Made by a program: the position numbers and the translations under genes. Shown one piece after another: positions 46,070 to 58,100 of a DNA stretch of 64,000 nucleotides; position 1 is the stretch's first letter; each line of letters starts with the position of its first letter. This DNA comes from Sphaerodactylus townsendi (taxonomy: Eukaryota): positions 10,912,001 through 10,976,000 of the forward strand of contig NC_059440.1 in NCBI RefSeq assembly GCF_021028975.2, read 5' to 3'. Below the pieces are notes generated by a model. The model was given only the letters and a program-made list of their open reading frames with translations. It did not search any database and was not told the DNA's origin.

Positions 46070-46652
46070 GGATATTCAACAGGGGTGGCCCTGCTTACCT
46101 TCTGGAATCTCAACACCCTGGATTGGTGAAGGCCTCCCCTATTTATTGCACTCAGCAAGGTAATTGTAGGAAGAAATACAAGCAAGAGAGAGCAAAGACT
46201 GTTATGCTTCCCAAACACCAAAACTCATGGATCCTTCCGTAACACTTTTACAGCCCTGGCCCCTGCCTAGCGGAACACTCTTCCAGCTGCAGTTAGGGCC
46301 CTGCGAGACCTTGGTGAGTTCTGCAGGGCCTGTAAAACTGTGTTATTCCACCGGGCTTTTGGGGAGGCCAGCTGTGGATTGCCTGCCCCCGCCTGATGCT
46401 TGTACCATGCTATGCCATTTCCCCTCCCAGTTTTAGCTTTAGGTTCGAACGCCATCGATAATAATTAGTATGGGTTTTATGATGTTGCTGCTGTGCTGTG
46501 TTTTTAAGGGTTTTAATGTTGTTTTAGGATTGGAATTTATTATGTATTGTCTTTTGTTGTTGTTGTACACCACCCAGAGCCCTCGGGGGTGGGCGGTCTA
46601 ATAAATGTTGTTAATAATAATAACAACAACAACAACAACAACAATAATAATA
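46070..46652 (+). mobile_element. L2-like LINE 3' end
   Basis: Terminal CACCACCCAGAGCCCTCGGGGGTGGGCGG hairpin plus an (AAT/AAC)n tail; similar ends on the minus strand at ~32740-32810 and ~37700-37762. Confidence 0.55.
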
Positions 46653-46673
46653 ATGAGAAGCAGGGTCAGGATG

Positions 46674-46978
46674 GGAGAGCCAGCGTGGTGTAGTGGTTAA
46701 GAACAGGTGGATTCTAATCTGGAGAACCGGGTTTGATTCCCCACTCCTCCACCTGAGTGGCAGAGGCTTTATATGGTGAACCAGAAGTTTCTGCACTCCT
46801 ACATTCCTGCTGGGTGACCTTGGGCTAGTCACGGTTCTCTCTGAACTCTCTCAGCCCCACCTACCTCACCAGGTATCTGTTGTGGGGAGAGGAAGGGAAA
46901 GGAGCTTGTAAGCCACCTTGAGTCTCCTTACAGGAGAGAAGGGTGGGGTATAAATCCAAACTCTTCTTCTTCCTCTTC
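46674..46978 (+). mobile_element. Squam3-like SINE
   Basis: Full-length copy. Confidence 0.8.
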
Positions 46979-47544
46979 ATGCTGCCCCTTGTGGGGTTGA
47001 TACTGTCATGTCTCAAGGGCTATGCACAGGATTACACAGATTCCCATTGGAGAGAGCTAATCAACAGCTAAGAGGCAGGCTAGCTCTGTGGAAGCATTAC
47101 TCTCAAGCCAAGCTGCTCATCTTGATAATGTACCCTGGGGTGCCCTCCAGGCTGCTAGAAGCAATATCAGCCATGGGAACAAGGGAACAAGTAAAGTAGT
47201 ATTTGGCTGAAAAGGAAGCAGGCACAAGGCCTTGGTGGGGAGGCAGCCCCCGCTCCCTTAGGGATGCTTCCACCCTCCCACAGATGGCAGCCTTATCTTT
47301 AAAAGCCCGCTGAATTTCATTGCACTCATCCAAAAGCATACAGATTGGTACCCAACTGCTTGAGAGAAAGTACTTATCTGTTCAATGAAAAAACAAGAAG
47401 GAATACTCAAAGACCCAACCCCCTCTCCCCTTCTCTAGGAAAGAGGGCAGAAGAATGAGAGGGAGCCCAATCCACATGAAAAGCCGACTTGGCCCCAGCT
47501 CTTGGGGCTCACCCATAAACTGGCAGACCGCTTTCCTTAATGAG

Positions 47545-47550
47545 TTTATT
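47545..47550 (-). terminator. Probable TMEM199 polyadenylation signal
   Basis: TTTATT on the + strand, ~490 nt past the stop codon. Confidence 0.5.
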
Positions 47551-48034
47551 GCACACAATAGAAATCCGCTCCTAAACAAAGACAGGCAACAGTTTACAGA
47601 AGCCAGATGAGGCACTGCATTTCACAGGTCTATCACAACAGTGAAAAGACAACACCCCCTGCCCCTCCCCGCTGAGAGATCGTGGCCTGCTGAGAAGTAT
47701 CAAGAGGTTGGACAGCTGTAGATCTTCCAGTGCTGCAGGATAATGCTTTCCTTATCAGTAGGTGAAGGGGGGCCCCACTCACACCCCAGACAGATGCTGA
47801 TGATAGCATTTGCAGCCTTTGTCCAAGGAAAGAAGAAAGGAGGGGACACAGGATTGCCTCCTGGCAGCTTTCTGTATCAGAGAGCAGAAGACTAGAATTT
47901 GTCCTGAGCCAGCAGTTGCTGGAAGACATAGAAAGGTGGCCCCTTCTGGGATATGCCGGTGATCTCTGGTAGCTTTGGCGGCATCTGATACACTGAAGAT
48001 CCAGGGCCAGAAAGGCTTTGCGAGTCCACTCAGG

Positions 48035-51000
48035 TCAGAGCTCTCCCAGTTCCCCTTCCATAGTCCTCACCATCACATACAGCTCTGCCAAGCCCACCAC
48101 AGAAGCCACGATCACAGCTGACAAGACCCGCTGGAGGGAAAGAGGGAAGGCAAGTCATTTCTGCTACGTGCATTTCCACTGGGTGTGCTGCAGCCACACT
48201 GGGTGAGCTCACCGGGCACAGATGGTACTCCTGGCTTTTGCGGCTGTCAAAAAGGCACACGCCCCACCATTCAGCATCTCTTTTTGGTGCTCTTTAATGT
48301 ACAAAAATGAGTTTCAGTGAGTAATTTACTTCATGGGTAAAAATTGCTGGCACTAAACAGATGCTCTCTGAATGGCATCAACTACTCAAATCAAAATTTT
48401 ACTCTCTAGGTTTATTATTCGAAGATCTCTGTATATTGTCACCCAGCGAGATATCCCGAACCTTAAAAGGCAGACTTTTAGAGCAGGAATACCATCTCTT
48501 ATTGGGACAACCAAATAAATCATGCTCACCCCTTTCTTTCAGAATAGTACCTGAACAGGGGCATATAGCTAAATATCTTGAATTATTAACTGAACCCCAA
48601 CAGAGATGGATTATTACAAGGGCCAGATGCAATACTTTACCATCTGCCATTATGCAGGGTTGCAATTTATCTATCCCCCTCCAGGATCGGGTCTGTCGAC
48701 GCTTCAAAAATCAAGTGGAGACTCTTGCTCACATTATACTCGACTGTCCGAGATATGTGGGTATCAGGAATTTCTCTCATTGACTGGCCCTATACAAATC
48801 TGTAAGAGACTCTGATAATTTTGTTGTGGGGATTCTGTAATATAACACAGACACCATGCTCTTGGAAAAAGTAGCAAAATTTCTCCTACAAGTGACGGAA
48901 CTCTGTAAGCAACATCTAATGCTAGATAGTTTCTCTGTGTTTTGATCTTACTCTTGCTTTGTACATTACAAATGTCTGGTAACGTACTAGAATCTGGTTG
49001 TTGTGGGTTTCCCGGGCTGTGTGGCCGTGGGTCTGGTAGATCTTGTTCCTAATGTTTCACCTGCATCTGTGGCTGGCATCTTCAGAGGTGTATCATGGAG
49101 AGAAGTCTGTTATACAATGTGTCCACAGACTTCTCTTTGTGATACACCTCTGAAGGTGCCAGCCACAGATGCAGGCGAAACATTAGGAACAAGAGCTACC
49201 AGACCACAGCCACACAGCCTGGAAAACCCACCACAACCAGTTGAATCAGTCCATGAAAGTCTTCAACAGTACTAGAGTCTATTTTGTATGCCTAATAAAG
49301 GTTGTTGTTGTCAAACAGATGCTTGTGCATAAACCCCCTCAAGTCCCTTCCCCGCCCGATCATCACTCACCGCAGCCATTTCTGCAAAGATGTACTGGCT
49401 GCCCAGATAGGTGCAGGCAAATGTTGCTCCCACAGTGACAAGGAAGTTGAATATGGTGATGACCACGACTTTGGTGGACCTAACTGAAGACAAGAGACAC
49501 AGGATGGGAGACTATCAGCCCAGCACCTCCTCTGTAGATCCCCAAAGATAAACACCCTTCTCTCTCAAAACAAAATGCCAAACTGTAAATAACTACTGAG
49601 ATATTTTGCCTTTTTCTGGCACCGCAACGAGCCTGTCATAGGTGAATGATTAACTCCCTCTCCCCAATCAGGGAAACATTATTTTAAAAACAGACACATA
49701 GAAATGAAGGGTCTCTTTGCTTGTACCAAAGCACTGCATTAACCACTGAGCCACAAGGCTATCTTGAGATGACTACTCTATTTAATACCCCTTCTCTATG
49801 AGCTGCAGTCTTCTGACTGAAGAGAAGTTAGAAGCTGATTTCTAGGAATCAAGTAATAACCTTGTACGCCAGTCAAAAATCACCCAGATTTATTTTTAAG
49901 GTCTTTTATCTTCTAGTTATTTTTGACATGAGTAAATATGAAAGAATCACTACGACACAACATGTACTCAAATACGTTTATGAAATCAGAAACAGAAATA
50001 CATACATATGATTACGTATCTCTTGTCCCATCTAAAGATTTAAAAATAGAACACAATTTCTGAGACCCACACCAAAATGCTTTCAAGATTAGGCAGCCTC
50101 ACACAACAGTCTGGCTATTTTAAGTAAGCCCAATTATGTGAAATCTACATGGCCATACCATGACCTTCCAGTTTGTCACTACTGATAGTATGAGGTGGAC
50201 ACTTCCTTGAACTCAGAAGAAATATATGCACCAAACTATGAAGTATTAGAGCTATTTGTTCAGAGAATTTTCTGGGCATCAAGCCACTTATTTATGCCTT
50301 TTCCATGGATGGAGCTTAGAACACATCCGAGAAAGTAGAATTTGTACACGCTTTGCAAATCTGAAAACTAAAACAAATGGTCAGACATGATTCTTGTTCA
50401 ACCAATGCTCTGGAAAAGCCCACTTGCGCCAATCCAAAGTTCAAGCTTTAATGTACTGGGGACCAAGATTTCTGAAGAACCACCTGCTCTCAGCTCCACA
50501 CAAGAACTGGTAAGTGTGGCTTCAAAGGAGAAGAAAGGAGTTTGGATTTATACCCCGCTTTTCTCATTCATAATGAGTCTCAAAGCAGCTTACAAACTCC
50601 TTCCCTTCCTCTCCTAACAGACACCTTGTGAGGAAAGTATGGCTGAGAGAGTCCAGAGAGAACTGTGACTAGTCCAAGATCACTAAGCAACATTTATGGG
50701 TAGGAGCAGGAAAACAAACCCAGTTCTCCAGATTAGAGTCCACTGCTCTCAGCCACTACATAACTATGCCTACCTCCAGGGAAGCCCCCTTTGTGGGACC
50801 CCCCAAAATGGGTGGGAGGGGGGAGCAGATCTGCAGGCTCAGCAAAACTAATGTGCAAACCTTTGAAACCTGTTTGTTCTGTACTGTTACTGCAGAATAT
50901 TTCTCTGTATGGTCCTTATGCCTGTTTGAACAGGGGAAGAGGTCAGATAGGGCTCGAGGTCCAATTCAGGGCCAGTGATCTGCTCAGCCTACATGACCAA

Positions 51001-53389
51001 CACCTGCAAGGACCAGTGTGAGTCTAGTTGCTCTGTAGTCCAGTTACTGCTGCCTTATTGATTGATATTAACAGGGTAGGTAGGAACTCTTCAGCACCTT
51101 GGAGAGGGACACCTTTTCACTTTCTTTCTCTTGTCTCCTCTCTGCAGAGTGGGCATAGGATAATCACTAGTGATGCAAGTGATATACCTGCACTGTAGTC
51201 TTAGCTTTGAGCTGCCCTTCATTTCCACAGAGAGACTATCCTCTCACTGAGAACAGGCAGCTGTTTCACTTCATCCAGATTTTATGATAACCATTCTTAT
51301 TTATGATGTTACCTTACTGCCAATCAGAGTATTCATCCATTTGACTTTGTATTATCTCCTCTGACTACGGCTGCTCTCCAGGGTCTCACTAGGAAAAAGG
51401 CCTTTCTCAACACCTGGTTTCTGGGAGTATTTAACTAGAGACGCCCACACACTGGGCTCTGGTCCTTATACACTGAGCTATACTCCTCGCCTACTTGCTA
51501 GGTTCAGGCTACCTGAGAATTCAGTGCCAATGATAGTAACATACCTTGTCTTCCAAGGTCAGCCAGAGTGCCATATCGATTTAGCTCCTAGAAGGGAAAA
51601 GAAGGGGAATAAGGGAGCTTTATATAATTTTGTACTCTGTTCTGCTTCAGTCGCATGATAATAGAATCTCTCATGCCTTCTTTACTTACTGTAATATATG
51701 AAACGGGATGCACCTTTAACTATTAGCCCTGCTCACTAACAGCAAAAAAATGAGATTTGTGCTCCATAGGTTTCAGTATGCATGCTTTGCTCTACACAGA
51801 GGAAACAGGCTTCAGTCTCCTTCTCACAACAGAACTATTCAGTTCTCAATTGCTGTAACTCTTTTCCAGAATTTTGCTGCGATTCATGACTTGTGGCAGG
51901 TTTGTTACAGACTCCAATGGAATCGCTGTGTTCTCTGCATCTTGTTTTGGTCAATTTCGGCCAGCAGAATGACGCCGCATACTAACTAGCTCTGGCATCT
52001 GCGGTGTTAAGAATGGGCTGCCTGTTTCTCTCTGCATGTAAGCTTTCTCTGTGAATCCTTTACAGCAAGAAGCACATCATATTAATATTTATCACTGGCT
52101 TAATAGATAAAACGCATCCCAGCAAAGGAGAAGGCCAGCTCAGTTGCAAACCTCTCCCTCGTTTTCTTCTAACCTGGCTGTTGACATTTCTTGTCATCCG
52201 CTTGTACTCTTCGTTGGCTAGCTTAGCCTTGAGAGTCTCCAGCCGGGCCACTAACTCTGGGTTCTGAAACAGACAGAAAGACAAAGAGTAAAAATGGTAC
52301 ACCACACTGATTCTTTTACTAACGTCAAAATCTCTTTCAAGGGAAATGTTTTAAGCAGAAATTGATATATCCAGAAAAGGGAAACAGGTATCTTGATCAA
52401 GGCCTTTACACCTCAAAAAGAACTCAAGTCTCTTCCCACTTTCAACAGAGAAAACAGCCATTAATACAAACCCTGGGAGGTTTTCTCACTTCAGGAAGAA
52501 AGACCTCACTGCCTTCTAGAAGTTCATGAAGATATACTTGGGAACCTAGGAATAAAATCAGCTTGATTAAAATAAAAGTCTCTAATAGTCTGTGGATTGT
52601 CAGATAAGGAATAGGTTAGTGCCAGAAAACAACATAGTGAGGAAGGAGAGCAGAGACTGAATTATGAGGATGGGAAAATCGGAGGAGGGGGTGCTTGTGG
52701 AAGCCGTAAGAGTAGCAAATAAGAGCAGTAAATAGTATCAATGGAATGATTTATGTGATGTAAAATAAAGGCCACTGTGCCTGCTAACTAATCTTGCAAC
52801 TGTATGGTAAGATTAAGCTAAGTGTGTGCTACTAGCCCAAGGTCACCTAACAGGCTTCCATGGCAAAACAGGAATTCGAATCTGGGTTTCTTGAATACAC
52901 CACACCATCTCACTTAATTCTCACTCCTTCCCACAAATGTCCCCAAGCCTCCTGTAAAGCCTTGAAAGTTAGCGGCCATCATGACATTGTATGACAGCGA
53001 GTTGCATGTTTAATTATGCCTTGTTCCTGATTAATTCACTAAGAATGGTAAATTACCAAACTATAAGTATGCTCGTCATTTTTAAGGGGGCTTCCTCCCA
53101 GAGGACAGTACACACTTACCCAACAATTAGCCCCATTATGATCGACACGCTTCCTCCCAGATTCAGACGAGAGCAAGGATTCGCTACCCGTTGCCCTCCC
53201 CAGGCAGGGCGGGACTCACTCACCGGCATCTCGCAGGGCTTGGTGAAGCCTCCGGACCAGCGCAAAGGACAGGCCGGAATCGACCGAGGCCGATTCGAGT
53301 TCCTTCAGCAGCTCTGGATCCAACCGCCTCAGTTCAGGGTCTACCGAGGCCCGCCGCAAGCGCTCCCCAGGTCGCAAGGAGGCCGCCAT
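48035..53389 (-). CDS. TMEM199: Transmembrane protein 199 / Vma12 V-ATPase assembly factor; 6 exons, 193 aa
   Basis: Exons 53389-53224, 52545-52472, 52263-52174, 51587-51545, 49483-49371, 48130-48035; total 582 nt in frame. Motifs [61 protein letters not shown]. Confidence 0.96.
48290..49311 (+). mobile_element. Non-LTR retrotransposon 3' end related to 26040-26690, interrupted by a Penelope insertion
   Basis: ORF 48361-48783 has RVC...[14 protein letters not shown]; AATAAAG(GTT)n tail at ~49294. Confidence 0.65.
48994..49268. mobile_element. Inverted Penelope-like fragments inserted into a LINE 3' end
   Basis: ~115-bp inverted arms; flanking direct repeat GTACTAGA(A/G)TCT at 48984 and 49269. 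Confidence 0.7.
50527..50760 (-). mobile_element. Squam3-like SINE (older)
   Basis: Diverged copy. Confidence 0.7.
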
Positions 53390-55110
53390 TTTGGCCCATG
53401 AGTCACGTGGCCGTGTCCCGGCGAAGAGGAAAGGCTGTGACCATAGAGATCGCAACGGGCTAGAAAAACGCATTACCAGACGAGCGAGTCTGCTTTCCGG
53501 GCGAAGGCAAGCGGGCCCTAAAGGGAGGCATAGAGCAGGGGAAGTCGTGGAGAGCGTTGGCCAGTCTGAGTCCCGAGCCTGGGTTGAATGGTGCTCTGTC
53601 AGAAGGCAGGGTTGCATGCCCATGCGAAGCCGCCTTCTCCCGGGCCTGTCAAAAACACTCCTGCCTTTAGCTCTTTCCTTGCATAGGGCCCCTTCCGCAC
53701 ATGCAGAATAATCCACTTTGAACCCACGTTCACAGTTGTTTTTAAGTGGATTTTGCTATGCTGCATAGTAAAATTCAGCTGCAAAGTGTATTGAAAGTGC
53801 ATTTTTATGCATGTGCGGAAGGCGTCTAGGGCAGTGATGGCGAACCTATGGCACGGGTGCCAGAGGTGGCACTCAGAGCCCTCTCTGTGGGCACTCGCAA
53901 ACAGAGTCCCCCCCCCCCCCCCATCTAGGCTTGCCTGGGCTGCTGGGCTCGATTATTAGCATTAAACCTATTAGCATTAAACCTAGTTTTGGGAAAGCAG
54001 TGTAGATAACCCTGTTAAACGCTGTTAAACTGATTTTCATGTGAAGAACTAAAGTGCAATCCTTTACCTGGGAGTAAGCTCGGTTGCTGGCAATGGGACT
54101 TGCTTCTGAGTAAACCCTCCTAGGGTTGTGATTCACCCATTGGAAGAGTTCCACCATTGCTTCAAAGCAAAGCCACCAACTACCACCAAGCTTACTCCCG
54201 AGTAACGCACGTCTCGAAACGTTTTTCTACACTAAAACCTCAGTATTCAGGTTAAATTGCTGTGTTGGCACTTTGCGATAAATAAGTGGGTTTTGGGTTG
54301 CAATTTGGGCACTCAGTCTCAAAAAGGTTCGCCATCACTGGTCTAGGGAGATGCGGCACGGGAAGGGTAGACTCCAGGGCAGTTGATCTGCACCGCAGGG
54401 TCCACAGCGGTGGGTGGCATGCAGGCAATGATTTGTTTATGTATATACCATTTCCCCTCTCGAAACCGATTTGGAGAATCGACCGTAAAATAATAGCACC
54501 GTTCTTATTCAAGAGGGCTTTTCTATGAAGGCGGTAGAGTTGCACTGTACTGAATTCAGTGGATACCACACTGCATATTTAGAACGAGTTACAATCGTTA
54601 TAAAATTTCATTTATAACGATTGCAAAGATTTTCTTCGGTTGGTTTCTTGCATGTGACAAAGAGGCGACGTTTCCCGGGGAAAACGACAAAGCTACCAAC
54701 TAGACCGAGGCGCGCCTGCGCAGCAGCGACAGAACCTCCGTCTCCATGACCCTCTCCGAGGCCGACAGCGGTCGCGCAAAGGACGCCGGGAGCCGGGCCG
54801 CCGCGCGGAGGATTGTGGGCCGCTGGGGCCTTTCCGATTCCGACTCCCTTCGTTCCCCCCCCGACAGGCCAAGTCGATGTCGGCTTGTGCGGTGGCGGCT
54901 GCTGCGCGAGGCCGGTGCTTGGCGGCGGCGCTAAGCCAGGCCAGGGCCGCCTCGGCTTCCACGCGGCCCTGGGGGGGCCTCCGCACGGCGTTGGGGGCGG
55001 CGGGGCTGGGGGTTGGGGCTGCCCCCAGGCGCCTCCTCTCTTCCCGGTGAGTGGCCTGGCTCCGCAGCCTGCGGAGGAGCTGCTCGCAACGCCCCGTCTG
55101 GGAACTGGGT
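53180..55110. promoter_or_regulatory. Head-to-head TMEM199/POLDIP2 promoter region with two CpG-rich lobes
   Basis: Divergent ATGs at 53389 and 54877. YY1-type GCCGCCATTTT over the TMEM199 start; GTCACGTG at 53402-53409; NRF1-like GCGCCTGCGCA at 54712-54722. Confidence 0.75.
53832..54340. mobile_element. hAT MITE in the TMEM199/POLDIP2 promoter
   Basis: Perfect TIR CAGTGATGGCGAACC; TSD GTCTAGGG; reverse-orientation homologue of 21727-22239. Confidence 0.9.
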
Positions 55111-58100
55111 GGGGGCAGCTTTTCAGAGCCTCCCCATTCATTCCTCCCTTCGTTCTGCTGTGAAGTCTCCTTTCAGGTGTTGCGTTTGGCCCCTATAAAA
55201 GAGAGCCGTTCCTAGTGGGAAGTGTCAAGGATCTCCTGCTGACTTAAGTCGGTGGCCTGTCTAACCCCTTGACCTGTTTCCAACATGGAGCAGCCAGATG
55301 TCCACCTGGGAAACATGCATACAGCAAAGGGAGGGCACAATCTGTCCATATTGTTTGTCCTCAGCATCAGGCTGCCTCTGAACATAGGGGAGCCATTTAG
55401 CTCATGTAGAAGAGAAAGAATTTGGATTTATACCCCACCTTTCTCTCCTGTAAAGAGACTCAAGGTGGCTTACAAGCTCCTTTCCCTTCTGCTCCCCACA
55501 ACAGACACCTTGTGAGGTAGGTGGGACTGAGAGCCTGGAGAGAACTGTGACTAGCCTGAGATCACCCAGAAGGAATGTAGGAGTACAGAAACACATCTGG
55601 TTCACCAGATAAGCCTCTGCCACTCAGGTGGAGGAGTGGGGAATCAAACCCGGTTCTCCAGATTAGAATCCACCTGCTCTTAACCACTACACCATGCTGG
55701 CTTATGTGGCAAATAACTGTCGATAAGTCTAGCCTTTCTGGCAAATTTGTCTGCTCCTTCTAAACAGGCATCTATGATCCCTTTGATGGCAAGTAGCTTT
55801 ATGCATAACAGTTTATTTAATTCAACACGCCCTCCTCTTTGGGAAGGATATGGAACCTGTCAGAGAGCGAAGGCTGTCTGCTAGGCTCATGGCAACCCTG
55901 ACTGATTCATGTGCCTAGTGACCCTCATGTGTATTCTTTTTTGTGTGTCCCTCACCCAGGAACCGTCCTGAGGGCAAAGTGCTGGAGACAGTGGGAGTAT
56001 TTGAAGTGCCAAAACAGAATGGCAAATATGAAACAGGGCAGGTAAGGGGCTGGGGAGAACAAATAGTCTCCAAAATGACATTGACTGGGGTGATGTTTCT
56101 GGATGTGTGTGGGGTAGATATTTCTGGTCTCTGGCTGTGACTCTCCTATTAGTGCTTTAAGGACCATCTTGTTTGATGCTAGCTGTCCTTTTCCCACTTG
56201 GCATTATGAGGGAAAGCCCTTCCCAGTTGTACTCAGCCAGTATCTGTGTGTGTGTAAAGTGCCATCAAGTTGCATCTAACTATGGCCACCCTGCAGGGCT
56301 TTTAAGACAAGAAACTAACAGATGTAGTTTGTCGTTGCCTTTCTCTGCATAGGAACCCTGGAATTCGTTGGTGGTCTCCCATCCAAATATTAATCAGGGG
56401 TGATCCTTCTTAGCTTCTGAAATCTGACAAAATTAGGCTAACCTGAGCCACCCAGTACCTAAGCACATACAAATCACAGTGGAAAGTCAAAGTTATCTGT
56501 TGATAATCAGGCAGAGAAGATCTTCTCAAAATCATGTTGTTTTGGTGGGGAGGCTCACTGAGGTACTTGAGGGCTGGCGTCTAAGGAGACTTTGAGGGTT
56601 AGTTGCATGGGCTTGTTTGCAATTTCACTGAAGCTGTCTTTTGTCTCCTTCCTAATAATTGGATTGTCTCTCCGTGCAGTAGAAAAACATTGTTGGGGAG
56701 AGACTCAGGCTACTTGTACATTGCCTTGACCTTCCTCCTCTCTCTTTCAGTTATTTCTCCACAGTGTATTTGGATACCGGGGAATAGTTCTGTTTCCTTG
56801 GCAAGCCAGGTTGTATGATCGAGACGTCACTTCTCCAGTGTCTGAGAAGTAAGTGTTTGGCATATGGATGTATCTTATTGTTGAAAGGTTGTAGAAACTT
56901 TGAAGAAAATGTGGGAAAGGCAGTTCATGCTTGTTCAAATGCTTGATTATTGGAAGGTCAAAAATGGTTCTTCAAGGAATGATTTACAACAAAACCTTGA
57001 CAAATAACAAGATATACTAAATGAATTTTTACTGTAGGGCGAAAGCAAGTATGCACTCCTACCAGTTGATGAATTCTACAAGTTTTCAGTAACATAACTT
57101 TATTTGTGGGGTGGGGGTGGGGGGAAAGGTAGTTTCCCTGTGCAAGGACCAGGTCATAACTGCTCCGTGCGATGATGTCACATCATAACAATTACTAGAC
57201 AGAGTACGCTTACAGCCCTGCAAGCTGGGTACTCATTTTACTGACCTCACAAATATGGAAGACTGAATCAACCTTGAGCTGGCTACCTGAAATTGACTTC
57301 CATCAAGAACAAATTCAGGTTGTGAGCAGAGCTTTAGACTGTGCTGGAGCTTAGTCTTCTGTGCCACAGGGCTCTTGTTTCCTTTAGGGTAGGGGTGTCG
57401 AACTCTGGCCCTCCAGATGTTCGTGGTCTACGATTCCCATCAGCCTCTATCAGCATGGTGGCAAGGGCTGATGGAAATCATAGTCCATGAACATCTGGAG
57501 GGCCAGAGTGCGATACTCCTGTTTAGAGTATTGAGGCTGTTGAACCACATTTGTCTGCTTCAAATGAAGTTGGGCTCTGTAGAAAAATGGGACTGCTGCC
57601 CTGTGCTGCCCAGAGGCTGTCGAACCACATTTGTCTGCTACAAACAAAGTTGGGTTCTGTAGCAACATTGTCAAGAGAGCCTCTAAGTTGTGTCTCTTCT
57701 CAGGAGTGAGAATTCCACTGGCCACGGATCCAAAGAAGTGAAGGGGAAGACACACACTTACTACCAAGTTCTCATAGATGCTCGCGACTGTCCCCATATA
57801 GTGAGTTCTTCTCTTCTTCTGGGTTGACATTTTGTGGGGGGTGAATGGATGGTTGAGGGACTGCTTTGTTGTTAGGCGTTTCTGTCTTTTTTGTCTCCAA
57901 ACTACCATTTATTGATTTGACCTGCTTTTTACGACATAGAGGAAGAGATGGTCCAGTAGGTACACATTTAGGGCATTGGAGGTTAATACTGAAACCTTAA
58001 ACCTGACCCACCTGGAGCCAATGCAGCTGGCACAACACCAGCTGGACCTATGCTGTTGCATTTTGCACCAGCTGGAGCTTCCAGATCAGGCCCAAGATGT

